Below, piece after piece: positions 1-9,956 of a stretch of DNA of 64,000 nucleotides (position 1 is its first letter; the number at the start of each line of letters is the position of its first letter). A program made the position numbers and the translations under genes. Below the pieces are notes generated by a model, which saw only the letters and a program-made list of their open reading frames with translations, searched no databases and was not told the DNA's origin. The DNA comes from Somniosus microcephalus (Eukaryota). The stretch spans positions 105,772,001-105,836,000 of the forward strand of contig CM126204.1 in assembly GCA_052327205.1 (NCBI GenBank), given 5' to 3'.

Positions 1-180
1 TAGAGAACAACAGATGAATGGCAGTATATGTCCAAGCCAGGATGGTGTGTGACTTGGAGGAGAACTTGGAAGTGATTAATGTTCCCACAACATTGGAATT
101 GGAGTGGGATTGGAAAAATAGAAAATACACAAAAAATTTTATTCAGTTAAAAAATGTTCATTTTCACACTGATTTAGAAG

Positions 181-606
181 AACTTGGATTTTCTTAGTGC
201 CTTTTATGACCTCAGGACGTCCCAAAGCTCTTCACAATGTAGTCACTGTTAAAATGTAGCAAAACGCAGCAGCCAATTTGCATGCAGCAAGGTCCCACAA
301 ACAGCAATGAGGTATATGACTAGGTACGTGGTTTTTTGGTGCTGTTGGTTGAGTGTTAAATGTTGGCCAGGACACTAGGAGAACTCCCCTGCTCTTCTTC
401 GAATAGTGCACTGGGATCTTTTAGTTCCACCTGAGAGGACAGATGGGCTTTCACGTCTCATCCAAAAGTAGCTCTGGCAGTGCAGTAATCCTTCGATACT
501 ACACTGAAATGTTGGCCTGAATTATGTGCTCAAGTCCTGGAGTGGGGCTTGAACTGATGACCTTCTAACTCAGGCAAGAGTGTTGCCACTGAACCAAGGC
601 TTACAC
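181..606 (-). mobile_element. tRNA-derived SINE with L2-like tail (DeuSINE/SacSINE1-like), diverged copy
   Basis: Collinear with the 52912-53344 SINE; B-box-like GTTCAAGCCCC on the minus strand near 545-555. Confidence 0.7.
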
Positions 607-1084
607 CTAAATTTAGTAATAAGTATCCAATAAATACATAAATTTGCTCATTAAGAACTGACTTTTGTTTTCATGGCTTACTCTGCTTTCCAACCATGTA
701 TATTTTATAAAGTTTGAACCAAACCACACTATCTGAATTCAAAATTGAAGCTGCACTTACCTAAACAGACCAGCATGTGTCATCCAATGTCTGAATTAAT
801 TGAAATGGCAAATTTAGAGAAATATCAATTTGGATCCATGCTGGCAGGTGTACAACCCTCTAATGCAAATGTGCACACTTGCAAATGTACCCAATGAATA
901 ATAATTCAGTTTTATCATGGCAACTTGAATGAGAATTTGCAGAATTCAACTCAGTTGTGACTAAAGTAGAACACTTGATGCAGATTCTTTAATACAATGA
1001 GACTTAAAATACTCCCCTCTCCCTCCTGCCCCTGTAACTAAGGAAGAGTTTCGACAGGGCACAGACTTCTTTTACGGTCAAGAT

Positions 1085-1530
1085 ATAATTCATAGAATTA
1101 CGTGGACTCCATAGTATAAAAACAGGCCATTCAGCCTAACTGGTCTGTGCCTGTGTTTATACTCCACACGTTTATACTCCACTCGTCTTACTAATTACCT
1201 CTTCCCACCCTACCCCTGTAGCCCTCTATTCCCCTCTCCCTTATTTATGCATCAAGCCTCCCCTTACATGCATCAAAGCTGTCTGCTAGAACCACTTCAT
1301 CTTCCACATTCTCACCATTTTCTGTGTCAATAAATTCTCTTAAATTCTTTATTTAATCTGTTAGTGGCTATCTTATATATATGCCCCCTTGCTCTGGACT
1401 CACCACAAGTGGAAACAGTTTCTCCACATCTACCCCATTGAACCCTTTATCATTTTAAAGACCTCTATCAGGCTTCCTCTTATTCTCTTTTCCAGAGTAA
1501 ACAGCCCCAGCCTGCTCAATCTTTCCTGAT
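1085..1530 (-). mobile_element. Old CR1 LINE 3' fragment
   Basis: Degenerate similarity to the CR1 3' ends elsewhere in the window (catagaa tail, ctggact/ccacaagtggaaac, ccccagcctg...ctttcctgata). Confidence 0.6.
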
Positions 1531-1887
1531 AAAGAATAAGAAAGACAATTGCATTTATATAGTGCCTTGCACGACCTCAGGACGTTTAACAGCGCTTTAC
1601 AACAAATGAAATACTGAAGCACTGATATCATAGTTCCATTCTCTCAATTCTTGTAAGCAAATTGATGGAAGGAGTCGTCTACAGTGCTATCAAACAGCAC
1701 TTCTTCACCAATAACCTGCTCACCGATGCTCAATTTGGATTCCGTCAGGGCCACTCAATTCCAGACCTCATTACAGCTTTGGTTGAAACATGGACATGAG
1801 CTGAATTCCAGAGGTAATGTGAGAGTGACTGCATGGACATCAAGGCAGTATTCGACTGAGGAGCCCTAGTAAAACTAAAGTCAATGG

Positions 1888-2122
1888 TGTGGTGTATGTA
1901 ACCTGTTCCACCTTAAGAGAACTTAAGCCTGTTCCACCTTAAGAGATGTACTACTTTCTCTGACTGCTGTATACGTAATACCGGTGGTGACCACCGGTAT
2001 ATAAGCACTGTGTAGTAATATTGTATTTAGTAGTAGTCCTGACCTCCAACCAGTAAAGACCTGTTGAACTTTAATCTTGTAGTCTGTGTTAGTAATTACA
2101 GCTAGAACACACAGACTTAACA
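1888..2122 (+). repeat. 5' LTR of provirus 1
   Basis: Matches 6724-6958 except one A/G difference seen; internal duplication of CCTGTTCCACCTTAAGAGA; TATAA box. Confidence 0.96.
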
Positions 2123-2697
2123 GTGGCAACGAGTCCGATTCTTACCCTGCGGCAGTTTATATCCACGGCGGCTTCGTCCACAGAACGGACGTCGAAGAGA
2201 GGCTTCCACCCTCATCACCCTGCTGGAAGACACGTCGCGCGGCAGACATCGAGAAACCAGAGTGCAGAAGACATCCTGAACTCGAAGCCTCCATCAGCGG
2301 CTGTCAGCTATCTTCTTTCTACCTCGGTGGTGGGTAAGCCGGGCAGCGACGCGACCAGAAAGTCGGCCGCGTTGGCTGTACAGACGGGGAGGGAAGACGG
2401 AGGAATAAGGGCAGTGAGATCGATCGCGACCGGAGATAAGGGCCGGGCCGCATTCGGGCCGAAAGGCGCAGCGCGGGGACATCGATCGCGGCTGGTGATA
2501 AGGGCTGGGCCGCATTCGGGCTAAAAAGGCGCAGCGTCTGGGGCAACTGAAGGCGCGAGAGCCGCGGTGAAGCGGAGACAGCGTCGGGGGACGGGTGAAG
2601 ACCGCCAAGCGCGGGAAAACCGCCATTTTGTAGGCGGAGGACGAAGACAAGAGCGGGAAGCCGCCATCTTGGATAAAAATTAAAATAAATTGCAACG

Positions 2698-5600
2698 ATG
2701 CCTAAACATGGGAACATTAATACCTTTGATAGCGACATCGAAGATTGGGCCATGTATGTAGAACGCATACAAAATTATTGTAAAGCAAATAAAATCCCAG
2801 ATGAAGAGAAAGCACTAACATTATTAAACTTAATGGGTGCGAAGACATACGGGCAATTGAAACACCTTTTATCACCAGATGAACCGGCGGATAAGACGTT
2901 CGAGGAGATTGTTACTGTCCTGAGAAATCATCTAAACCCCACGCCGCTGATGCTAGCGGAACGATTTAAATTTTACAGCAGAAGGCAGCTGAAGGATGAA
3001 AGCAATGCTGAATATTTAATGGAATTGCGTAAGCTAGCAAAGTACTGTCAGTTTGGAACGAGACTGACAGAGGCGCTACGAGATAAATTTGTGTGTGGTT
3101 TATTAAAAGAAGATACACAAAAGCGACTGCTCGAGGAGAATGAGCTGACGCTTGAGAAAGCGGTCACTATGGCAGCAGCACACGAAGCCGCAGCGAGAGG
3201 CACGGCAGTAATGCAGCTACGGTCACCGGAACTCAGTACAAATAAATTGGGTTTGAGTACTGTAAAATGTTATCGTTGTGGAAAGACAATGCACGATCAG
3301 AACCAGTGTTGGTTTAAAAACCAAGAGTGCAGAACGTGTGGCAGGCTTGGCCACATAGCTAAAGTTTGCCGGTCAGGAAAGAAGACCAGCAACAAAAAGT
3401 CACCGCAAGGAAAATACATAAAGGTACACAAGGTGACAAAGAACAGTTCGACCGAACAGAAGTCAGATTCAGACGCTATCAGTAATGAACTGGGTAGCTT
3501 AAGAGTATACAACGTTGGTAAGGATGCAGATCTCCAGACAATTTGGGTCACCCTTCAGATAGCAGGAGTCCAAGTAAAGATGGAATTGGACACTGGATCG
3601 GCATTGACGGTCATGAATAAGAAAGATTACAAAAGGTTATTCCAACATATTCCCCTACGGGATACGGAGATTATATTGAAAACATACACGGGGCAAAGAG
3701 TGTACCCCATCGGAAAGATAGAGGTAAAAGTGGTCCACAAGGGCGAAGAAAGCCAAGTAATGGACTTATATGTGCTACCTGAAGGAGGTCCACCACTACT
3801 GGGATGGGAGTGGATTAGGAAAATGAATATGGACTGGCACTCCTTGAAGGCACTAACGGTAGATTCCGGGGAAACAGATGTCAAACCTAAACGATTGTCC
3901 AAAATATTGGATGATGCTAAAGAGGTGTTCCAGCAGGGACTGGGAACACTGAGAGGAATTACGGCAAACATCAAGATTGATGAACATGCACACCCAAAAA
4001 ATTTTAAAGCCAGACCGGTACCCTATGCAATACGACCTACTGTAGAAGTGGAACTGGAAGCGCTAGAACGTTCAGGTGTACTGTCTAAGGTAGATTGGAG
4101 TGAGTGGGCTATGCCCATTGTTCCTGTTATGAAACGTCCTTCGAGCAACAAGCCAGGAGAACCAGGGAAGGTTCGCATCTGTGGAGATTTCAAAATCACC
4201 GTTAATCCGGTGCTTCACACGGTGCAGTATCCGCTTCCGCAGATTGAGGATATTTTTGCTTTGTTGTCTGGCGGGAAACACTTCACCAAGATAGACCTGG
4301 CACAGGCGTACTTGCAGATGGAGGTTGAAGAAGAGTCACGCCAATACCTCACGATCAACACGCATCGAGGGTTGTACCGGTACAATAGGCTGGTTTTTGG
4401 AGTGGCATCGGCTCCAGCAATTTGGCAGAGGGCCATGGAGCAGGTATTACAGGGAATTCCAGGCACACAATGTTACCTGGACGATATTCTGATTACAGGT
4501 GATGGTGATGAAGAACACCTCGCAAACTTGGAACTGGTGCTCAACAGACTGAAAGAGTATGGACTTAGAGTTAATCGGCAGAAATGTGAGTTCTTCCAGA
4601 AGCGGATCTCGTACTGTGGTCATGTCATTGACCGGGAGGGGCTTCATAAGTCTCCTGACAAGATAGAGGCAGTTGTAAAGGCTCCCGCTCCGGATAATGT
4701 CTCTCAGTTGAGGTCGTTTCTAGGATTGATTAACTATTATCATAAATTTCTACCGAATCTATCCACGGTACTGCACCCGCTAAACGCTCTTTTACAGAAG
4801 GGGGTACCATGGGAATGGAGCGAAAACTGTAAGAAGGCATTTCGCAAAAGCAAAGAATTGATCACCTCAGAGGAAGTGTTGGCTCACTTCAACCCGACAC
4901 TGCCTATTCGGTTGGCTTGTGATGCTTCTCCATATGGTATTGGGGCAGTACTCTCACACAAGTTGCCAAATGGCACGGAAAGGCCAGTCGCGTTTGCATC
5001 CAGATCATTGACCTCCGCTGAGCGCAACTATGCGCAGATCGATAGGGAGGCTCTCAGCCTTGTATGGGGAGTGAAGAAGTTTAATCATTACCTGCAGGGC
5101 CAAAAATTCACACTTCTGACAGACCATCAGCCGTTGGTATCCATTTTTAACCCTAAGAAGGGTGTTTCAGTGATGACAGCACAGCGTCTCCAGAGATGGT
5201 CCCTTTTCCTAGGGGCACATCAATATCAAATAGAATTCAAAGGTACGAAGCAGCATGGCAATGCTGATGGGCTGTCGCGCCTGCCACTACCTGAAGAAGA
5301 AGAAACGACGAAAGTTGACCCTGTTGAGTTATTTCATTCGACCATCATCGAGTGTTTACCAGTCACCAATGCAAGTATTGAAAGAGAAACCAGGAACGAC
5401 CCGACACTGTCCAGAGTCTACGAGGTGACAGTGAAAGGATGGCCAACACGTGGTGATCCTCTGTTACCGGCAAGGCGAGACCAGCTGTCCGTCTGCCATG
5501 GTACTTTGATGTACGGGACAAGAGTGATTATTCCTCCCAAGTTAAGGGAAAGAGTTCTAAAAGAACTGCATGAAGGTCATCTGGGGGGAGTTAAGATGAA

Positions 5601-6645
5601 AAGTCTTGCTAGGGCTTATGTATGGTGGCCGGGTATTGACCAACAGATAGAGGAGTTGACGAAAAGCTGCGCTGGGTGCCAAAAAGTGCAAAATGCACCT
5701 CCGATCGCACCACTACACCCATGGGAATGGCCTTCAGCCCCATGGCAACACGTACATATTGACTTTGCTGGTCCATTCATGGACTCCATGTTCCTAATTG
5801 CGGTGGACGCACATTCCAAATGGCCAGAAGTGATCAAGATGAATACCACCACTTCAGAAAAGACAATTGCGGTGTTAAGAACAATATTCGCAAGGAACGG
5901 ATTGCCAGAACAGATCTGTTCGGACAACGGACCACAGTTCGTGTCGGAAGAATTCCAAAAATTCTTAAAGAAGAATGGGGTGAAACATTATACCTCTGCC
6001 CCATATCATCCGGCGACAAACGGGTTGGCCGAGAGATTTGTCCAAACATTCAAAAAGGCAATAAAGGCCATGAACGATGATCAGATTCCGCTACAGCACA
6101 AGGTGGACAATTTCCTAATGGCATATCGAAACGCCGCTCATGCAGTGACTAACCAAAGTCCTGCCATGATGTTTTATAACAGGAGGTTGCGATCCAGGTT
6201 GGACTTGTTAAAACCAAATGTGCGGAGGGAAGTGGAAAACAAACAGTTCCGGCATATTAATAACAAGACCACTCGAAGTTTCGACGTAGGACAACCAGTG
6301 TTGGCAAGGGGCTATGGAAACGAAAAATGGCAGTCCAGAACAATTTGGGCCAGACAAGGACCTCTGATGTATACAGTAGATATTGGTAACAATGTGATAA
6401 GGCGTCATGCGGATCAACTGGTAGAATCGAGAGCAAGGGTCGAACCCATGGTTGCGACAGAGACAACTGTGGAAGACGTTAATGAACCTGAAGCATCTAC
6501 CTCGGCAGGGAATGTACCTGATGATGATAACACCCAATGCATGGGAGACCAACTAGAGGAGCCACCTCAGCAACAGGAATCAGAGACCACTGAAAGGCGT
6601 TATCCAAACCGAATCAGAAGGCCTCCTGAGAGACTGAACCTTTGA
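2698..6645 (+). CDS. Gypsy gag-pol polyprotein (capsid, 2x CCHC, aspartic protease, RT, RNase H, integrase)
   Basis: 1315-aa uninterrupted ORF; CYRCGKTMHDQNQC/CRTCGRLGHIAKVC, LDTGS, YLDD, CDAS, HHCC zinc finger, DNGPQF...ERF integrase core, GPLMY tail motif. Confidence 0.97.
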   Translation: MPKHGNINTFDSDIEDWAMYVERIQNYCKANKIPDEEKALTLLNLMGAKTYGQLKHLLSPDEPADKTFEEIVTVLRNHLNPTPLMLAERFKFYSRRQLKDESNAEYLMELRKLAKYCQFGTRLTEALRDKFVCGLLKEDTQKRLLEENELTLEKAVTMAAAHEAAARGTAVMQLRSPELSTNKLGLSTVKCYRCGKTMHDQNQCWFKNQECRTCGRLGHIAKVCRSGKKTSNKKSPQGKYIKVHKVTKNSSTEQKSDSDAISNELGSLRVYNVGKDADLQTIWVTLQIAGVQVKMELDTGSALTVMNKKDYKRLFQHIPLRDTEIILKTYTGQRVYPIGKIEVKVVHKGEESQVMDLYVLPEGGPPLLGWEWIRKMNMDWHSLKALTVDSGETDVKPKRLSKILDDAKEVFQQGLGTLRGITANIKIDEHAHPKNFKARPVPYAIRPTVEVELEALERSGVLSKVDWSEWAMPIVPVMKRPSSNKPGEPGKVRICGDFKITVNPVLHTVQYPLPQIEDIFALLSGGKHFTKIDLAQAYLQMEVEEESRQYLTINTHRGLYRYNRLVFGVASAPAIWQRAMEQVLQGIPGTQCYLDDILITGDGDEEHLANLELVLNRLKEYGLRVNRQKCEFFQKRISYCGHVIDREGLHKSPDKIEAVVKAPAPDNVSQLRSFLGLINYYHKFLPNLSTVLHPLNALLQKGVPWEWSENCKKAFRKSKELITSEEVLAHFNPTLPIRLACDASPYGIGAVLSHKLPNGTERPVAFASRSLTSAERNYAQIDREALSLVWGVKKFNHYLQGQKFTLLTDHQPLVSIFNPKKGVSVMTAQRLQRWSLFLGAHQYQIEFKGTKQHGNADGLSRLPLPEEEETTKVDPVELFHSTIIECLPVTNASIERETRNDPTLSRVYEVTVKGWPTRGDPLLPARRDQLSVCHGTLMYGTRVIIPPKLRERVLKELHEGHLGGVKMKSLARAYVWWPGIDQQIEELTKSCAGCQKVQNAPPIAPLHPWEWPSAPWQHVHIDFAGPFMDSMFLIAVDAHSKWPEVIKMNTTTSEKTIAVLRTIFARNGLPEQICSDNGPQFVSEEFQKFLKKNGVKHYTSAPYHPATNGLAERFVQTFKKAIKAMNDDQIPLQHKVDNFLMAYRNAAHAVTNQSPAMMFYNRRLRSRLDLLKPNVRREVENKQFRHINNKTTRSFDVGQPVLARGYGNEKWQSRTIWARQGPLMYTVDIGNNVIRRHADQLVESRARVEPMVATETTVEDVNEPEASTSAGNVPDDDNTQCMGDQLEEPPQQQESETTERRYPNRIRRPPERLNL

Positions 6646-6723
6646 ACTGTTTATACCTGAAGTTATATATGTTATTATGTTATGTTAAATGGGGATATGA
6701 CTGTTAAGCTAAAAAGGGAGGAT

Positions 6724-6958
6724 TGTGGTGTATGTAACCTGTTCCACCTTAAGAGAACTTAAGCCTGTTCCACCTTAAGAGATGTACTACTTTCTCTGGC
6801 TGCTGTATACGTAATACCGGTGGTGACCACCGGTATATAAGCACTGTGTAGTAATATTGTATTTAGTAGTAGTCCTGACCTCCAACCAGTAAAGACCTGT
6901 TGAACTTTAATCTTGTAGTCTGTGTTAGTAATTACAGCTAGAACACACAGACTTAACA
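6724..6958 (+). repeat. 3' LTR of provirus 1
   Basis: Direct repeat of 1888-2122, preceded by polypurine tract. Confidence 0.96.
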
Positions 6959-7889
6959 AATGGGGATCAGGGAGAAAACTCTCCAGTGACTGGAATCATA
7001 CCTGGTATGAAGGAAGATGGTTGTGGTTGTTGGAGGTCAATCATCTCAGCCCCAGGACATTGCTGCAGGAGTTCATCAGGGCAGTATCCTAGGCCCAACT
7101 ATCTTCAGCTGCTTCATCAATGACCTTCCCTCCACCATAAGGTCAGAAGTGGAGCTGTTTGCTGATGATTGCACAGTGTTCAGTTCCATTCACAACTCTA
7201 AGATAATGAAGCAATCCGTGTCAGCAAGCAGCAAGACCTGGACAACATCCATGCTTGGGCTGGTATGTGGCAAGTAACACTTGCCCTACACAAGTGACAG
7301 GCAATAACCATCTCCAACAAGACAGAGCCAAACCACCTCCCCTTGATATTCAATGGCATTACCATTGCTGAGTCCCCCACTTTTAATATCCTAGGGGCGA
7401 GGGGAGGTTGGCATCACCATTGACCAGAAACTCAACTGGACCAGCCACATATATGCTGTGGGTTCTAGATAGGTCAGAGGCTGAGTAACAGCAGCCTCCT
7501 ACCAGATTTGCTTATGTCACTCAGGGAGCACCTTGTAGGAGTAGCAGAGTTAGTAAACCTTTTAAGAAAAGTATTAGGGGTTGATCACTTGCATGAGAAA
7601 TGAATAGAAGGCAATTATTATGTTGGCCATTAAATTAATCACCTTTATCACATTTAACATTTTGGTCTGCAGTGCAGTTTAATATGAGCTTCTGAATCTG
7701 CATTGTCAGTATGTCATTGATATAGAATTTGAATGGTTTGAATGTTCTTTAATACAGGATGAATGGAATGGTGAAGGATGTAACAAGAACTGTTCAGCAG
7801 AAGGGCTCTGTATGTTTTGAGGTCATGGGAATGAGCAGATCACTGGAATCATTGAGCAATTAGCTCATTCCTTGCATCTCTTGCTGCAA

Positions 7890-8097
7890 GGCTTATTCGA
7901 TACCCCTACCGAACAAAAATCTATCGATCTCAGCCTTTAAAATTTCAAATGACCCAGCATCCACAGCCTTTCGAGAGAGAGATTTTCACTACCCTTTGTG
8001 TGAAAAGAATTGCTTCCTGATTTCACTCCTAAATAGCCTAGCTCTAATTTTAAGATTACACCTCTTTGTTCTGGATTCCCCCATCACAGGAAATAGT
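7890..8097 (-). mobile_element. CR1 LINE 3' fragment
   Basis: Matches CR1 3' end wording (ccacagcctt...actaccctttgtgtgaa...ctggattccccc). Confidence 0.6.
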
Positions 8098-8118
8098 GGC
8101 TTAGAAATTCATTGGCGC

Positions 8119-9643
8119 TGACCTTAACTACTACTACCTGGGCGCGCCACGGGCTGGTACTGCATTCGATGATACCCTCCCGCTTGAGTCTTTCTACTTC
8201 CGACGCAATGAACCGTCTGTCCTCCCAGCTGTACCGCCTACTCTTGGTCGCTATGGGTCGACAGTTGGGTGCGAGGTTGGCGAACAGAGAGGGCGGCTTG
8301 ACCTTCAGGGTAGCCAGACCGCACACTGTGAGAGGCGGCTGGGACCCACCGTAGGTAAGCGTGATACTTTGGTGGTGGCACTGGAAGTCCAGACCCAAGA
8401 TCACGCTCACACAGAGATCTGGCATTATCAATAGTTTAAAATCTCTGTAATCAGTGCCTTTTACCGACAACATAACCGTGCAGAAACCTGTAATTTTTGA
8501 GGTATGAGTCTTATCAGCCATGGCGATTTTGCCCTGTGTGGGGACTATCGTTAGTGAAAGTCGTTTTACCAGGCTAGGATGAATAAAGCTTTCGGTGCTC
8601 CCGCAGTCAATCAAGCATTTAACCTTGTTCCCGTTTACCTCTATGTCCATCATCGATCTAGACAACGGATGCGGCCTGGATTGATCCACTGTGATCGAGG
8701 CCACCAGTGGGTCCTGGAGGTCCGTGTAGTCGGGGCAAGATGGTGGACTCCATGAGGGTGGACAAGATGGCGCCCAAGATGGCCACCCCCACGGCGCGCA
8801 CGCGGCGGTGGCGGAGTTGGAGGCGGGGTTCCCTCTGCAGACTTTGCTGAAATGTCCTTTCTTCCCGCATTTAAAACAGGTGGTGCCCTTCACTGGGCAC
8901 AGATGCTTGGAGTGTTTGTCCTGGCCGCAGAAGTAGCATTTCGGGCCCCGATGCATCGCGGCAGTAGTGGGGCTCCTGGGTGGGGGCTGGGGCTCCGATG
9001 GTGCTGGGCTGGCCTGAGACCTGGGAGGTGAAGATGGCTTCCAAGATGGCGGCCCCCATGGTGCGCACGAGGCGGAGTGGGCCGCGTGGCCTGAGGAACA
9101 GGATTCAGAGTTCCTCTGGGCCATATCCAGCGATCACGCTATGCCCATAGCCTGTTTTAAGTCCAGTCCCTCCTTTTCAAACAGTTTCTGCCGAATGTAA
9201 TTTGAACTGAGGCCCGCAATAAAGGAGTCTTGGATCAGCTCCTCCGTGTACACGATGGCAGACACGGCCTTACAGTTACAGTCTCTGCCCAGTACTTTTA
9301 GGCTTAGCATGAAGTCCTCTAGTGACTCACCATGCCGCTGCGTGCGAGTTGTCAGAAGATGCCTGGCGTACACCTTGTTTATTGGCCGCACGTAGTGGGC
9401 CTTCAGAATGGTGCAGGCATCCCCGTAGCTGGTGGCATCTTGGATGAGAGGGGAGACCCGATGGCTCACCCAGTTTCGCAGGATTCCCAGTTTCACGTCT
9501 CCGGTGGCGGTTGCGGCTGCTATGGCGGTGGATGAGTTTGCGATGAAAAATTCGAAGCATTGGAACCAGTGTCCGAACTGTGTGGCTGCGTCTGAGGCAT
9601 GGGGGTCCAGATCCAAGCGCTCTGGTTTCAGGAGTCGATCCAT
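8119..9643 (-). pseudogene. gag-protease-(RT N-terminus) ORF of element 3, with one in-frame TGA and 3' truncation
   Basis: ORFs 9134-9643 and 8084-9124 are in the same frame, separated by a single TGA (9136-9134, plausibly CGA>TGA). Confidence 0.85.
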
Positions 9644-9666
9644 CTTGGTGTTTTAGTGATTAAAAT

Positions 9667-9908
9667 TGATGTGCCAACAATAACTCAAAGACGAGTTTAA
9701 AGGATTCAACTAAAGGCTTTTAATCACTAAGAACATTGCAGGTCTTTACACATCGAGTTCGTCTGATAGAATGACTCATACAGCTCTTGAGACCTTTATA
9801 TGACAAAAGACAGGGGCGTAGCCAATATACACAATAGGAAAAAGGGGGCGGTACACACAATACAAAGCAGGTAAAACACGGGCTGATGAAGGCATATATT
9901 TCATCACA
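9667..9908 (-). repeat. 5' LTR of element 3 (242 bp)
   Basis: TG...CA termini on minus; TATA-like CATATAAAGG near 9793-9802; ATTAAA signal at ~9724-9719. Confidence 0.85.
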
Positions 9909-9956
9909 GGCGCCAAACCGGTTTGGCTGCTGAGCGCCTGAAGAAACTAACCAATT

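Larger units (their letters stand above)
1888..6958 (+). mobile_element. Full-length Gypsy (Mag-like, 'K02A2.6-like') LTR retrotransposon, provirus 1
   Basis: 235-bp LTRs TG...CA at 1888-2122 and 6724-6958; 5-bp TSD AATGG (1883-1887, 6959-6963); PBS TGGCAACGAG at 2124; PPT AAAAAGGGAGGAT before 6724; intact gag-pol. Confidence 0.97.
1660..7490 (+). mobile_element. CR1/L2-group LINE RT fragment split by a Gypsy insertion (1660-1887 and 6959-7490)
   Basis: RT motifs continue across the insertion: DIKAVFD..LVKLKSM | GIR.KTLQ.LESYL; GVHQGSILGPTIFSCFINDL, LFADD in ORF 7017-7277. Confidence 0.8.
8119..9908 (-). mobile_element. Truncated Gypsy-type LTR retrotransposon (5' LTR, gag, protease, start of RT), element 3
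   Basis: LTR 9908-9667 (TGTGATG...CACATCA on minus); gag MDRLLKPERLDLDP; CCHC knuckles; LIDCGS protease; RT start SPWRAQVVVVK; 5-bp TSD GGCGC at 8114-8118 and 9909-9913. Confidence 0.9.

Noticed and set aside
2086-2768. Overlapping 130-150 aa ORFs in the Gypsy leader as accessory genes
   Set aside because: GC-rich repetitive leader with no recognisable motifs, and not conserved in provirus 2
9125-9140. Gag-pol readthrough stop codon
   Set aside because: The TGA lies before the zinc knuckle, inside gag; CpG decay (CGA>TGA) is the simpler explanation
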